This document shows positions 1 to 9,450 of a DNA stretch of 64,000 nucleotides, in pieces. The stretch's first letter is position 1. Each line of letters starts with the position of its first letter. The position numbers and the translations under genes are program-made. Below the pieces are notes generated by a model. It was not told the origin of the DNA and ran no database searches. It saw only the letters and a program-made list of their open reading frames with translations. Source of the DNA: a virus; IMG/VR virus record IMGVR_UViG_3300036792_000218, positions 28,370 to 92,369 of that record; one strand, written 5' to 3'.

Positions 1-11
1 CGCAGAACATC

Positions 12-683
12 GTGAACATGGCGGAGTCCGACGGCGGGCTGCTGTTCGTCGACGGCCCCGGTTACGTGTTCTACATGGGCCGGGGCGCCGGGTACAACCT
101 GCCGGTCACGGGCACGTTCGGGGAGAACACGGCGGCCGGCGAGTACCCGTACCTCGACGACATCGGGTTCGACGACGACCCCGCCCAGGTTTACAACGAC
201 ATCACCCTGACCCAGTTGTCGGCGCCGCAGGTGATCGGCGCCGCGGACGTGTCCGCTGTCGTCACCCCGGTCAGCACCGCCGCGGTTGCCGCGAGCGTCG
301 AGCAGTACGGTGACCAGACGCTGCAGCAGACCAGCTACCTGTTCGACCTGCCGATCATCCAGGACAGCGCCAACTGGATTTTCTGGACCAACGGCACCCC
401 GCAGATCCGCGTGGCGCAGCTGACCCTCGACCCCGGCGCGAACCCCGCCCTGTGGCCGGTCGCGCTCGGCGTCGAGGTCGGGCAGGTGTACACCGTCAAC
501 CGGCGGCTAGGCGGAACCCAGGTCGTCATCACGGGCGAGTTCCAGGTCATGAGCGTCGCCCACACCGTTCAGGGGCGACGCTGGCAGACGAAACTGACGC
601 TGGTCACCTACCCCGGCGTCGTCCTGACCGCAGACGACAGCGTCCGCGGGCTGCTGAACGGGTCGAACCGGCTTTCCTGGTGA
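12..683 (+). CDS. Minor tail protein, C-terminal part (gene probably starts upstream of the window)
   Basis: GC3-rich ORF; YNDITLT and VMSVAHTV...WQTKLTL resemble actinophage minor tail C-termini; upstream of other tail genes. Confidence 0.6.
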   Translation: MNMAESDGGLLFVDGPGYVFYMGRGAGYNLPVTGTFGENTAAGEYPYLDDIGFDDDPAQVYNDITLTQLSAPQVIGAADVSAVVTPVSTAAVAASVEQYGDQTLQQTSYLFDLPIIQDSANWIFWTNGTPQIRVAQLTLDPGANPALWPVALGVEVGQVYTVNRRLGGTQVVITGEFQVMSVAHTVQGRRWQTKLTLVTYPGVVLTADDSVRGLLNGSNRLSW

Positions 684-703
684 ACGGCGGGGGGCGGTGA
701 AAG

Positions 704-1813
704 ATGGGTAACCCGACCGTCCCCAGCCCGTTTACGTGGGTGCCCGGGCCTGTCCCCGTGTGGGGGCTGCGCGACGTCTCCAACGCCGTCAGCTTCCTGT
801 CCGGGCCGCCGCTGTTCATGGGCTACAGCACGTCGTTCAGCGTGCCGACCGGCCCGACCACGCCCGTGACCCTGGACACCGAGGCGGTGGACACGTGGGG
901 CGGGCACACGCCGCCGGGAGCCCCCTACTTCTGCTGTGCGCCTGGCTGGCACCTGGTCACCGCCGCCGCCCAGTTCACCTACACGACCGCGACCGCGAAG
1001 GACTTCTCCGTGCTCCTCCAGGCGGGCAACGGGGTGACCGTGTCGCTCACCCTCCAGGGCGAGCAGGTCGCCGGCGGGTCCGGCCAGAACCCGTGCGCGA
1101 GCGCCGCCGACCTCGTGCAGCTCGTCAACGTCGGCGCGGACTTCGTTCAGATGGCAGGACGGCAGGACAGCGGCAGCGCGTCGGCGCTGGCCGGGAACCC
1201 GTACATGTCGGCCCGCTGGGTGTGCGCGAACTCGGGGACCGCCGGGCTGGCCGTCCCCGCGAACGCGGCGTGGCCGGTGCCGCCGGCGTACGTCACGAGC
1301 GCGTTCCTGAACGCGAACATCCGCGACGCGATCAGGTTCCTCACCTACCCGCCGATTTTCCGGGGCTACTACGCCGGGTCAGGCAACACCCTCCCGTCGC
1401 AGGCGTTCCCCGCCGGGACCGTGATCCCCCTCGACACCACCACGGGCAGCACCGTCGCCGGCGGCCCTGCGGTCGACAACTACAGCGGCTGGAATTCCGG
1501 CGGCAACTACTGGACCGCACCCGTCGCCGGCGTTTACGCCGTCTACGGGCAGGTCGCGGTGTCGACCTTCGCGGCGAACGGCACGCTAGCCGCCGGGTTC
1601 TCCGTCAACGGGACCGCCCAGTGGCTCAAGTCGTACTTCACCCAGACCGCCGCGGTTCCCCGTTCGGCGCTGGCCGCCCGGAAAATCAGGCTCAGCGCCG
1701 GCGACAGGGTGCAGCTCGTGGGATCGCAGAACTCCGGAAGCAGCCTGGCGCTGGAAGGATCGGGCACCGCCGCTGTCTTCAACAAGCTGATCATCGTGTG
1801 GGAGTCCGCGTGA
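704..1813 (+). CDS. Minor tail protein with two tandem beta-rich (C1q/TNF-like) modules
   Basis: Internal duplication (LRDVSNAVSFLSGPPLF vs IRDAIRFLTYPPIF; DTWGGH..CAPGWHLV vs DNYSGW..APVAGVYAV); tail-gene context. Confidence 0.6.
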   Translation: MGNPTVPSPFTWVPGPVPVWGLRDVSNAVSFLSGPPLFMGYSTSFSVPTGPTTPVTLDTEAVDTWGGHTPPGAPYFCCAPGWHLVTAAAQFTYTTATAKDFSVLLQAGNGVTVSLTLQGEQVAGGSGQNPCASAADLVQLVNVGADFVQMAGRQDSGSASALAGNPYMSARWVCANSGTAGLAVPANAAWPVPPAYVTSAFLNANIRDAIRFLTYPPIFRGYYAGSGNTLPSQAFPAGTVIPLDTTTGSTVAGGPAVDNYSGWNSGGNYWTAPVAGVYAVYGQVAVSTFAANGTLAAGFSVNGTAQWLKSYFTQTAAVPRSALAARKIRLSAGDRVQLVGSQNSGSSLALEGSGTAAVFNKLIIVWESA

Positions 1814-1838
1814 TGCCGGGCGGTCAGGGCGGCCGGCG

Positions 1839-2360
1839 ATGACGCTCTCAGCTCCTGTCGTCCCGTCATTCCCCGCCGGGTACGGGCCGCTGCCCGCCGA
1901 CTTCAACAACTGGGTTCAGGCGCCGCTCGCCGCGCTGACGTCACGGGTCGTGTTCCGTGCGGTGAAAACCAGCTCGCAGACCCTCGCCGCCGGCAACAAC
2001 ACGATCCAGTTCAACAGCATCCTGGAAGACCCCTACAGCGGCTGGAACCCCTCCACGTTCACGTGGACGCCGCCGGCGGCCTGGTCGGGAACCTACGTCG
2101 TCAGGGCCGGGATCGTCACCGGGGGCACCGCCGGGGGCCGCATAGGCGTCCTCGTCGGCCTCAACGGCAGCGCCCTCTACACGCTGGACACCATATGGAC
2201 TTCGACCAGCGTCGCGAACTCCGCGTGCGGGGAAGCGCCCGTGCAGCTCGTCGGGGGGCAGGACCAGGTATCCGTGATCGGTTACTCCACGGTAGCCGTC
2301 AACGTGGGCACCCTCGCCGGCGAGGAATGCACCTGCGAGATCACGTGGTACTCAAACTGA
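1839..2360 (+). CDS. Minor tail protein, paralog of the modules in 704..1813
   Basis: EDPYSGWNPSTFTWTPP..GTYVV motif matches the modules of the previous gene. Confidence 0.55.
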   Translation: MTLSAPVVPSFPAGYGPLPADFNNWVQAPLAALTSRVVFRAVKTSSQTLAAGNNTIQFNSILEDPYSGWNPSTFTWTPPAAWSGTYVVRAGIVTGGTAGGRIGVLVGLNGSALYTLDTIWTSTSVANSACGEAPVQLVGGQDQVSVIGYSTVAVNVGTLAGEECTCEITWYSN

Positions 2361-2376
2361 CCGGGGGTGACCGCGC

Positions 2377-3633
2377 GTGGCGCTGCTAACAGTCGAGGTG
2401 ACGGGCACGTTCACCGACGGGAGCGGCGAGCCGCTTGCGGGCACTGCCACGTTCACGCCGACGTCGACGGTCTACGCGGGCGGCGTGCCGGTCCTGCAGC
2501 CAGACGCTCCCGTTACCGCGCAGATCACGGACGGGCAGCTCAAGGCGCCGTCGGGTGACCCGCTGACGCTGACCGCGACCGACAACGACGGCCTGACGGT
2601 GGAGGGGCTGACGGGATGGTGGGCGTGGAACGCCCAGGTCACGGTGAGCGGGCAGGTACAGCCGCCCTGGTCGTTCTTCCTGCCTTACTCGTCCTCCCCG
2701 GTTGACCTGACGTCACTGGTGAACTCGCCGGCCAGCGGCGGCGGCTCCGGCACGGTCACCAGCGTCAACCACGTCGACCCCGACGGGTCGGGCAACGTCA
2801 CCCTCACGGCCGCCCAGGTCGGCGCGGACGCCTCCGGTGCGGCGGCGGCAGCGCTGTCGGCCGCCGAGACGTACGCGGCCGGCGTGGCGTCGGCGGCGCA
2901 GTCCAACGCGGAGACTTACGCGGCGGCGCAGGCCAGCGCCGCGCAGTCCGCGGCCGAAGCCGCATCGGACCCGGCCGGGGCCGCCGCGACAGCCCAGGCG
3001 AACGCGGAGACGTACGCGGCCGGGGCGGTCTCGGCCGAGACGACGCGCGCTGAGACGGCCGAGGGACTGCTGATCCCCCTGACGCAGCGAGGCGCTAACT
3101 CCGGTGTCGCCACGCTCGACACCGGCGGTCACGTTCCCACCGGGCAGCTTCCCGCCGCGACGACCGGCGCGCAGGGCGCGGTGCAGCTCGACGGGACCGC
3201 GGGCGACATCCAGCCGGTAGGCACCGCGGCCGCGGCCGGATCGGTCGGCAAGGTGGCCGACGCCGGGCACGTCCACGCGGGCCTGTCCAAGGTCACCGCG
3301 ACGCCCCTGGCCGGCTACACGCTGGTCAACGGCACCGGCACCGTGTCGGGCATGACGTGGACGTCGCCGAACGACGGCCAGATGCACATGATCCTGGTGA
3401 CCGCCAACATAGACGTCACCTCAAATGAGACGGGCGGCGCGATCGGTGTCTCGCTCACGTCACCGAACGGTGTAACGCACGTTCCCGGTGTCTACGCCGC
3501 CGGCCTCAGCGCAGGGTTCGCCTACTTCACCATGGCGTACTTCGTCGAGCCGAACACGACCGTGACGCTACAGCAGACGACCGCGCTCACCGCAGGCGCG
3601 GCGACGCTGTGGGCCGCGATCTGGGCACTCTAG
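2377..3633 (+). CDS. Tail fibre/receptor-binding-like protein 1
   Basis: N-terminal VTGTFTDGSGEPLAGTATFTP domain, VTSVN motif, Ala-rich coiled repeats, GVATLD..G.VP motif; paralog of the next gene. Confidence 0.65.
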   Translation: MALLTVEVTGTFTDGSGEPLAGTATFTPTSTVYAGGVPVLQPDAPVTAQITDGQLKAPSGDPLTLTATDNDGLTVEGLTGWWAWNAQVTVSGQVQPPWSFFLPYSSSPVDLTSLVNSPASGGGSGTVTSVNHVDPDGSGNVTLTAAQVGADASGAAAAALSAAETYAAGVASAAQSNAETYAAAQASAAQSAAEAASDPAGAAATAQANAETYAAGAVSAETTRAETAEGLLIPLTQRGANSGVATLDTGGHVPTGQLPAATTGAQGAVQLDGTAGDIQPVGTAAAAGSVGKVADAGHVHAGLSKVTATPLAGYTLVNGTGTVSGMTWTSPNDGQMHMILVTANIDVTSNETGGAIGVSLTSPNGVTHVPGVYAAGLSAGFAYFTMAYFVEPNTTVTLQQTTALTAGAATLWAAIWAL

Positions 3634-3649
3634 GCGGGAGGCGCCGCAC

Positions 3650-5551
3650 GTGCTTTCCTACACGGAGATAACCGGGACGTTCGCCGACGGCGGCGGCAAC
3701 CGGCTATCCGGTACCGCCGAGTTCACCGTGAACACGACGCTCTACTCCCCGGGCGGGCCGGTGTTCCAGCCGGACGTCCCGATTCAGGCGGTGATCACCG
3801 GCGGCGAGCTCCAGTCGCTGTCAGGGGGCCCGCTCCGGCTCCTTGACCTGGCCAGCGCGGGCCTGGAAATGGCCGGGCAAACCGGGTTCTGGTTCTGGAC
3901 CGCCTGCGTTACCGTCGCCGGGCAGGTGCTCCCGCCGTGGAGTTTCTTCCTCGAGCATTCCGCTACGCCCGTTGACCTGTACTCACTTGCCGATACCGGC
4001 TCCGGGGGCGGCGGCGGCGGATCGGGCACCGTCACCAGCGTCAACCACGTCGGCCCCGACGGGTCGGGCAACGTCACCCTCACGGCCGCCCAGGTCGGCG
4101 CGGACGCGTCGGGTGCCGCTGCCGCCGCGCAGTCAGCCGCGGAGACCTACGCGGCGGGCGCGGCATCGGCGGCGCAGTCGGCCGCCGAGGCGGCATCGGA
4201 CCCCGCCGGGTCTGCCGGCGCAGCGCAGGCGGCCAGCCTCCAGAAGTCGGCGAACCTGTCCGACCTGGCGAACGCCGCGACGGCACGCGGGAACCTCGGT
4301 CTCGGGTCGGCCGCCACGCAGCCGTCTAGCGCGTTCGACGCGGCGGGGGCCGCCGCAGCGGCACAGTCCGCAGCCGAGGCCGCATCGGACCCGGCGGGTT
4401 CCGCCTCGACGGCACAGGCCGCGAGCCTCCAGAAGCTGGCCAACCTGTCTGACCTGGCAAGCACGGCAACCTCCAGGACGAACCTCGGGCTCGGGTCAGC
4501 CGCTGTGCACCCGGCGACGGACTTCGACGTGGCCGGGGCTGCGGCGGCGGTGGCAAGCGCTATCGCGGCCGAGCTCGGTGCCGCCAGCGGCATCGCCACA
4601 CTGGACGTCTCCGGCCACCTGACCGCCTCGCAACTCACCGCGGCGATCGTGGCCGCCGTCGGCGCGCTGCTCGCCGGCAACAACCTCAGCGACCTCGCGA
4701 ACGCCGCCACGGCACGCGGGAACCTCGGTCTCGGGTCGGCGGCGACGCAGCCCAGCAGCGCGTTCGACACGGCCGGGGCGGCGGCAACGGCACAGGCCGC
4801 GAGCCTTCAGAAGTCGGCGAACCTTTCCGACCTGGCCAGCGCCGCGACCTCCAGGACGAACCTCGGGCTCGGCACCGCGGCGACGCAGAACAGCGGCGCT
4901 TTCGACGCGGCCGGGGCCGCCGCAGCGGCGCAGGCGGCGGCTGAGGCGGCATCACTGCCCTCAACCGATGACCTGTCCGCGATCGCGAACGCCAACCCTG
5001 CAGCCGCGAACGTGCCGATGAACAGCAAGAAGTTCACCGGCGTGGCCAACGGCTCCGCGGCTACCGACTCGGCCGCGTTCGGGCAGATCCCGGTGGTCGA
5101 CTCAACCGCTGGCGACATCCAGCCGGTAGGCACGGCGGCGGCGGCCGGGGCGGTCGGCAAGGTGGCCGACGCCGGCCACGTGCACAAGGGCTTCGCCAAG
5201 CTCGCCACGACGGGGACCGCAGGGTTCGCGCTGCAGAACGCCACCCCGAACGTCATCTCCTGGACGGCACCAAACGACGGCGCCGTGCACATGTTCGTCG
5301 CGGTCAGCGTGGTGCACGTGACCAGTGCTGAAACGGGCGGCACGATCCAGGTCATCTACCAGTCGCCGACCTCCGGGGCCGGCAACCACTTCTCGCAGCT
5401 CCTCGCCGGCGGCCTCGGTACCGACGTCAACGGGCAGACCGGCACCACGATCTTCGCGCTTGTCCAGCCGGGGACCACCGTCACTATCCAGCAGACCGCG
5501 GCGCTCACCGCGGGCGCCGCAACCTTGGTCGCGGAGCTGTGGGGCAACTGA
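3650..5551 (+). CDS. Tail fibre-like protein 2 with four NLSDL..A..R.NLGLG repeats
   Basis: Four NLSDLxxxATxRxNLGLG phage fibre repeats; N- and C-terminal domains paralogous to 2377..3633. Confidence 0.7.
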   Translation: MLSYTEITGTFADGGGNRLSGTAEFTVNTTLYSPGGPVFQPDVPIQAVITGGELQSLSGGPLRLLDLASAGLEMAGQTGFWFWTACVTVAGQVLPPWSFFLEHSATPVDLYSLADTGSGGGGGGSGTVTSVNHVGPDGSGNVTLTAAQVGADASGAAAAAQSAAETYAAGAASAAQSAAEAASDPAGSAGAAQAASLQKSANLSDLANAATARGNLGLGSAATQPSSAFDAAGAAAAAQSAAEAASDPAGSASTAQAASLQKLANLSDLASTATSRTNLGLGSAAVHPATDFDVAGAAAAVASAIAAELGAASGIATLDVSGHLTASQLTAAIVAAVGALLAGNNLSDLANAATARGNLGLGSAATQPSSAFDTAGAAATAQAASLQKSANLSDLASAATSRTNLGLGTAATQNSGAFDAAGAAAAAQAAAEAASLPSTDDLSAIANANPAAANVPMNSKKFTGVANGSAATDSAAFGQIPVVDSTAGDIQPVGTAAAAGAVGKVADAGHVHKGFAKLATTGTAGFALQNATPNVISWTAPNDGAVHMFVAVSVVHVTSAETGGTIQVIYQSPTSGAGNHFSQLLAGGLGTDVNGQTGTTIFALVQPGTTVTIQQTAALTAGAATLVAELWGN

Positions 5552-5615
5552 CGACCCGCCGCCGCTCACGGCACGTATCACCTGATGATCATCGCGTAAG
5601 GCGGGAGGCGCGCGT

Positions 5616-6005
5616 GTGCTGCTGTGGCTGGCCGTCACCGGCCCCGGAACGAGCGTCACCCCGATCGACACGGCATCCGACAGCATCACCGGGTACATCC
5701 TCGGTTTCGGGCCGCTCGGGATTATCGCCCTCGCCCTGGCATGGCTGCTGTTCCGCGGCTGGCGGCTCGTGTCACCCGAAGGGGCGGCCACGATCCGGGC
5801 GGAAGGCCGCGCGGACCTGATCGCCGAACGGGACCGCCTGCTAGACGAGAAGCACGCCGCCGAGCGGGAGCGTGACGAGGCGTCCAAGGTGGCCCGTGAC
5901 CTCGCCCCGCTGCTGTCGTCATTCATCGCGAGCACGGGCGCGCTGATCCCGATCCTCCAGGGCATCATCGCCACCGGGCGCGGACGGGGAGGCGGCACCC
6001 CTTGA
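5616..6005 (+). CDS. Membrane protein with coiled coil (holin/lysis accessory-like)
   Basis: TM segment ILGFGPLGIIALALAWLLF followed by a charged coil; lies between tail and endolysin genes. Confidence 0.5.
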   Translation: MLLWLAVTGPGTSVTPIDTASDSITGYILGFGPLGIIALALAWLLFRGWRLVSPEGAATIRAEGRADLIAERDRLLDEKHAAERERDEASKVARDLAPLLSSFIASTGALIPILQGIIATGRGRGGGTP

Positions 6006-6247
6006 CCGATCCCGAAGACCTCGAGAAAGCCGAACGGGTGCAGGCTCAAGCCGCCGGGTTGAACCTCGAAGGTGTCGCCGAGCTCGCCGCCCAGGCCGTG
6101 GCCCACGGCGGGACCCCGGACATGCCTATCGGTGAGGTCCGCGACCTCGCCAGGACCGCCGTTGAGCAGGCCAGGAGCGTGACGGCCCTGCTTGAGCGCC
6201 TGTCGGCCTTGCTCGCACCGCCCCAGCCGCCGGGGGGTGACCAGTGA
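6002..6247 (+). CDS. Hypothetical protein
   Basis: TTGA start/stop overlap with neighbours; GC3 bias. Confidence 0.55.
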   Translation: MTDPEDLEKAERVQAQAAGLNLEGVAELAAQAVAHGGTPDMPIGEVRDLARTAVEQARSVTALLERLSALLAPPQPPGGDQ

Positions 6248-6390
6248 GCGCAGCCGATGTCAAGGGCGGCGCCGAGCTCAAGGACGTCCTCGCCGAACTC
6301 GAAACGCTCATGGGCTCACTGCGGGTCAACGTCGACACGCTGCAGGCCATCCTGACCGAACCGGAGGTGCCCGATGACGCCAGAGCCTGA
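6244..6390 (+). CDS. Small hypothetical protein (48 aa, not in ORF track)
   Basis: GTGA overlap with the previous stop; MSAADVKGGAELKDVLAELETLMGSLRVNVDTLQAILTEPEVPDDARA. Confidence 0.55.
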   Translation: MSAADVKGGAELKDVLAELETLMGSLRVNVDTLQAILTEPEVPDDARA

Positions 6391-6937
6391 CCCGGACACC
6401 ACGGAAACCGAGCTGCTGCCACCGGACCCGTCGGACCCGCTGGCCACCGCCCGGTACCTCGGCGCGTCAATGATCCGCATGGCGGCGCAGCTGAAAGCGT
6501 CGACGACGGCGAGCGAGGACCGTGACGCGAAGCTTGACCGGTACGCGCGCCGCAGCCGCCTGTACATCTGCATCGACGTCTTCCTGACCCTCGCGCTCGC
6601 CGGGATGGGCTTCTGGGTGAGCAGCACGTCGGAGCGGGCCAGCTCGGCGAGCACCAGCGCGGCGGCGGCCAACGCGAGGGCCGCCGCGGTGACCGCCGTC
6701 GAGCAGGCGCAGCACGCCGAGGCGGTCAGCGGGTGCGTGAGCGGCAATCAGTACCGCGCCGGGGTGGTCGTCTCACTGGACCGGCTGGTGATGCTCCTTG
6801 AAGGCCCCCACCCCACCGCCGTGATACGGAAGGCAGCCGTCGGCTACGAGCGGTACGTGCTGTCGAAGAACGAGCCGAGGGACTGCGCGGCCTCCTACTC
6901 GCTACCCAAGCCGAAGGAGACCGCTAGTGCCAAGTGA
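6374..6937 (+). CDS. Single-TM membrane protein (lysis region)
   Basis: TM LYICIDVFLTLALAGMGFWV; two Cys in the C-terminal domain; RBS GGAGG. Confidence 0.55.
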   Translation: MTPEPDPDTTETELLPPDPSDPLATARYLGASMIRMAAQLKASTTASEDRDAKLDRYARRSRLYICIDVFLTLALAGMGFWVSSTSERASSASTSAAAANARAAAVTAVEQAQHAEAVSGCVSGNQYRAGVVVSLDRLVMLLEGPHPTAVIRKAAVGYERYVLSKNEPRDCAASYSLPKPKETASAK

Positions 6938-7409
6938 CGACGTCGCCGCGCACGACCAGGCCGAGGGGCATCACTACCTGATGCACTTCCCGCCGCACCC
7001 GGCGCGCGAGGACGACCCGCACTACGCCGACTTCGACCACTATCACCGCAAGACGCGGGCAGCCGCGCGGTGCTTCATCGGCGAGCGGATCGGGTTCGGT
7101 GACTGCAAGGACGCCCAGTGCAAGCCGTGCCCGCCACCCGCCGGCGGCGGCGAGCAGCCGGGTCTGGAACTCCATCACGCGCACGTCGAGTTCAGCCTTC
7201 AGAACGGCGTTGACCTCGCGGCACTGGAGAAGGACTACCCCGGCATCTCCGACCCGTCGCAGGTCGGGGCATGGGTCGAGTCGGATGCGAACTTCCGCTG
7301 GCTCTGCGCCTGGCATCATCGCGGCGCGGCCGGGGCCCACACCGCGTCGCACAGTGACTGGGAGGCCTCGCAGTACGTGCAGGGCCTGATCACGGCCGCG
7401 CCCAAGTGA
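6927..7409 (+). CDS. HNH-like nuclease fold protein
   Basis: LELHH...NFRWLCAWHH..H pattern. Confidence 0.5.
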   Translation: MPSDDVAAHDQAEGHHYLMHFPPHPAREDDPHYADFDHYHRKTRAAARCFIGERIGFGDCKDAQCKPCPPPAGGGEQPGLELHHAHVEFSLQNGVDLAALEKDYPGISDPSQVGAWVESDANFRWLCAWHHRGAAGAHTASHSDWEASQYVQGLITAAPK

Positions 7410-7504
7410 CCTGGCGCTGTTACCGCTGCGATCGCCCGTTCGCCCACGCCCGGTTCCTGGTCACGCACCTGATCGAGATCCACGGGGAAGGGGCGGCCAG
7501 GTGA
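7406..7504 (+). CDS. 32-aa classical C2H2 zinc-finger microprotein (not in ORF track)
   Basis: MTWRCYRCDRPFAHARFLVTHLIEIHGEGAAR = C-x2-C-x3-F-x5-L-x2-H-x4-H; GTGA overlaps at both ends. Confidence 0.6.
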   Translation: MTWRCYRCDRPFAHARFLVTHLIEIHGEGAAR

Positions 7505-7917
7505 ACCGGCTAGGCGACGTCGGGGAAGTCACCCAGACGATCCTCTACACGCCCGAGCTCAACGCGCGGGGTGTCTACGGGAATTGCCTCCAGGCGGCTG
7601 TAGCGAGCGCGCTCGGCGTGGACCTGGACGCGGTGCCGCACTTCGGGGCGTTCGCCTGGTGGGAGCCGGCGGCGCGGCTGTGGCTCCGTGGCCGGGGCCT
7701 TGACTGGCGCATGGTTAGCGGTATCCCGCCGGGCCGGTCGATCGTGGTCGGCCCGACCGTCCGGGAAACCGGAGAGCACGCGGTCGTCGGTGATGACGGG
7801 CGGATCGTCTGGGACCCTCACCCGTCACGCGCCGGGCTGACCGCCGTCAAGCGGTCGTACGTGCTCGAGGAATGGCCCGGCGCGGAGCCGAGCGGCTGCG
7901 TCTGCTGCGACGGCTAG
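7501..7917 (+). CDS. Papain-fold (C39-like) peptidase-like phage protein
   Basis: GNCLQAAVAS ... HAVV ... WDPHP gives a Cys/His/Asp triad. Confidence 0.5.
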   Translation: MNRLGDVGEVTQTILYTPELNARGVYGNCLQAAVASALGVDLDAVPHFGAFAWWEPAARLWLRGRGLDWRMVSGIPPGRSIVVGPTVRETGEHAVVGDDGRIVWDPHPSRAGLTAVKRSYVLEEWPGAEPSGCVCCDG

Positions 7918-7926
7918 GGGGCAGCC

Positions 7927-9069
7927 TTGCGCGGCATCTTGGACGACCTGTTCGGGCCGGGCACGTGGGGCACCGGCGGAAACATGGTCGCCTGGGTGCT
8001 GTGCGGGGCGATCGGCGGTGCCGCGGCGTTCCTGCTGCGGCACAAGATCGGGAAGCGGCTGGCCGCGTGGTGGGCGTTCCACCACGGGCCGCACGCCGTT
8101 GCCCAGCACCTGGAAGCGCTGCGCCTGCACGAGGCAGCGAAGGCGGCCCGGCAACCAGGCCGGGGTGACAAAGGGAACGGGGGAGTCATGACAGCAAGCG
8201 CGCAGGGCTTCGACATCAGTTCGTATCAGCCTCGGCTTGACGTGGCCGCGATCCGCGCGGCCGGGCACGACTTCGGGTGGGCCAAGGCGACGAACGGTCT
8301 CAGCGGCGAGGATCCGGAGTTCGCGGCGTCGTGGGAGACGCTGCTCACCGCCGGCGTGCACCGCGGCGCCTATCACGAGATGACCGGGGCTGACCCGGTC
8401 GCGCAGGCCCGTGACTTCGTCGCCGTGGTCGCGGGGCGCGGAATCCGGCCGGGTGACATGCTCGCGATCGTCGCCACCGACTACCAGGTCAGCGGCCGGA
8501 ACCTGAAAGCGTGCTGCGACGAGGTCGCGCGGCGCGTCGGGCCGCACTGCCCGGTGCTCGTGTACGCGTCCACGGGCAAGCTCCCGGCCCTCGGCGAGGC
8601 CTCCGCCTACCCGCTGTGGGCGGCCGAATGGCGGGCGAGCGCCCCCACCGACGTCGCCCCGTGGCACAAGTGGGTGTTCTGGCAGTACGCGCCCGGCGGC
8701 GGCGCGGACGGCGGCGACAAGGACGCGTTCAACGGCACCGCGGCCGACCTCAACGCGTGGATCGCTTCGTACACCAAGACCGCCCCGGCGCCCGTGCCGG
8801 TCCCGCCGAAGCCGGTTGTCAAGGAAGCCGTCTCGGTGTCCATCACGTCGGTACAGAAGGGCAGCACCGGCCAGGCGGTGAAGAACTGGCAGGGGCTCCT
8901 GATCGCCCGCGGGTACGACCTCGGGACCAGCGGCCTGCGGAAGGACGGGGTCGACGGCGTGTTCGGTGACGGGACCGACACCGCGACCCGCCACCTCCAG
9001 GCGTCGGCGCACCTCCCGGCTACCGGGGTCGTCGACAAGGCGACGTACACCGCCGCCCTGCACACCTGA
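7927..9069 (+). CDS. Endolysin: GH25 muramidase plus C-terminal peptidoglycan-binding domain; main start probably ATG 8188, with an in-frame N-terminal membrane extension from 7927
   Basis: GFDISSYQ, WAKATNG, RGAYH, LWAAEW, WVFWQY, DKDAFNG (GH25); GSTGQAVKNWQ..L..RGY..VDGVFG..T..LQ (PG_binding_1). Confidence 0.9.
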   Translation: MRGILDDLFGPGTWGTGGNMVAWVLCGAIGGAAAFLLRHKIGKRLAAWWAFHHGPHAVAQHLEALRLHEAAKAARQPGRGDKGNGGVMTASAQGFDISSYQPRLDVAAIRAAGHDFGWAKATNGLSGEDPEFAASWETLLTAGVHRGAYHEMTGADPVAQARDFVAVVAGRGIRPGDMLAIVATDYQVSGRNLKACCDEVARRVGPHCPVLVYASTGKLPALGEASAYPLWAAEWRASAPTDVAPWHKWVFWQYAPGGGADGGDKDAFNGTAADLNAWIASYTKTAPAPVPVPPKPVVKEAVSVSITSVQKGSTGQAVKNWQGLLIARGYDLGTSGLRKDGVDGVFGDGTDTATRHLQASAHLPATGVVDKATYTAALHT

Positions 9070-9148
9070 CCAAGGCTTTACCGATCGCCGCGCTTCTCGC
9101 GCGGCCCCAGGCAGACCGATTAAGCAGACCACCAGAAAGGCATCACAG

Positions 9149-9430
9149 ATGACCACCACGCCGGCCCCTGAGCCGACCCCAGTCACCCCCGCCGCCCCGG
9201 CAAGCCCGGCGCCCCCGGCCGGGGCCAACCCGGTTACCCGTGCCGTGCACTGGCTCGAATCCCATGTCGTCCCGGCGCTGAAGTCCGTGGACGCCGCCGC
9301 GGAGCGGGTCATCAGCGAGGCGCAGAAGCTTGAGGCGGTCGTCGAGGCCGCGGACCCGGCGCTGGCCTCCCAGCTGACCGCGAGCGCGGCGGCGCTGCGG
9401 GAGATCGCGGCGGACCTCGCCGCGCTGTAG
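9149..9430 (+). CDS. Hypothetical protein
   Basis: RBS AGAAAGG; GC3 bias; precedes a terminator. Confidence 0.6.
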   Translation: MTTTPAPEPTPVTPAAPASPAPPAGANPVTRAVHWLESHVVPALKSVDAAAERVISEAQKLEAVVEAADPALASQLTASAAALREIAADLAAL

Positions 9431-9450
9431 CGTCCGGCCTGGCCTGACAT

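Noticed and set aside
2377-5551. Diversity-generating retroelement TR/VR pair in the tail fibres
   Set aside because: No reverse transcriptase in the window; differences between the repeats are mostly synonymous third-position changes, not adenine-specific.
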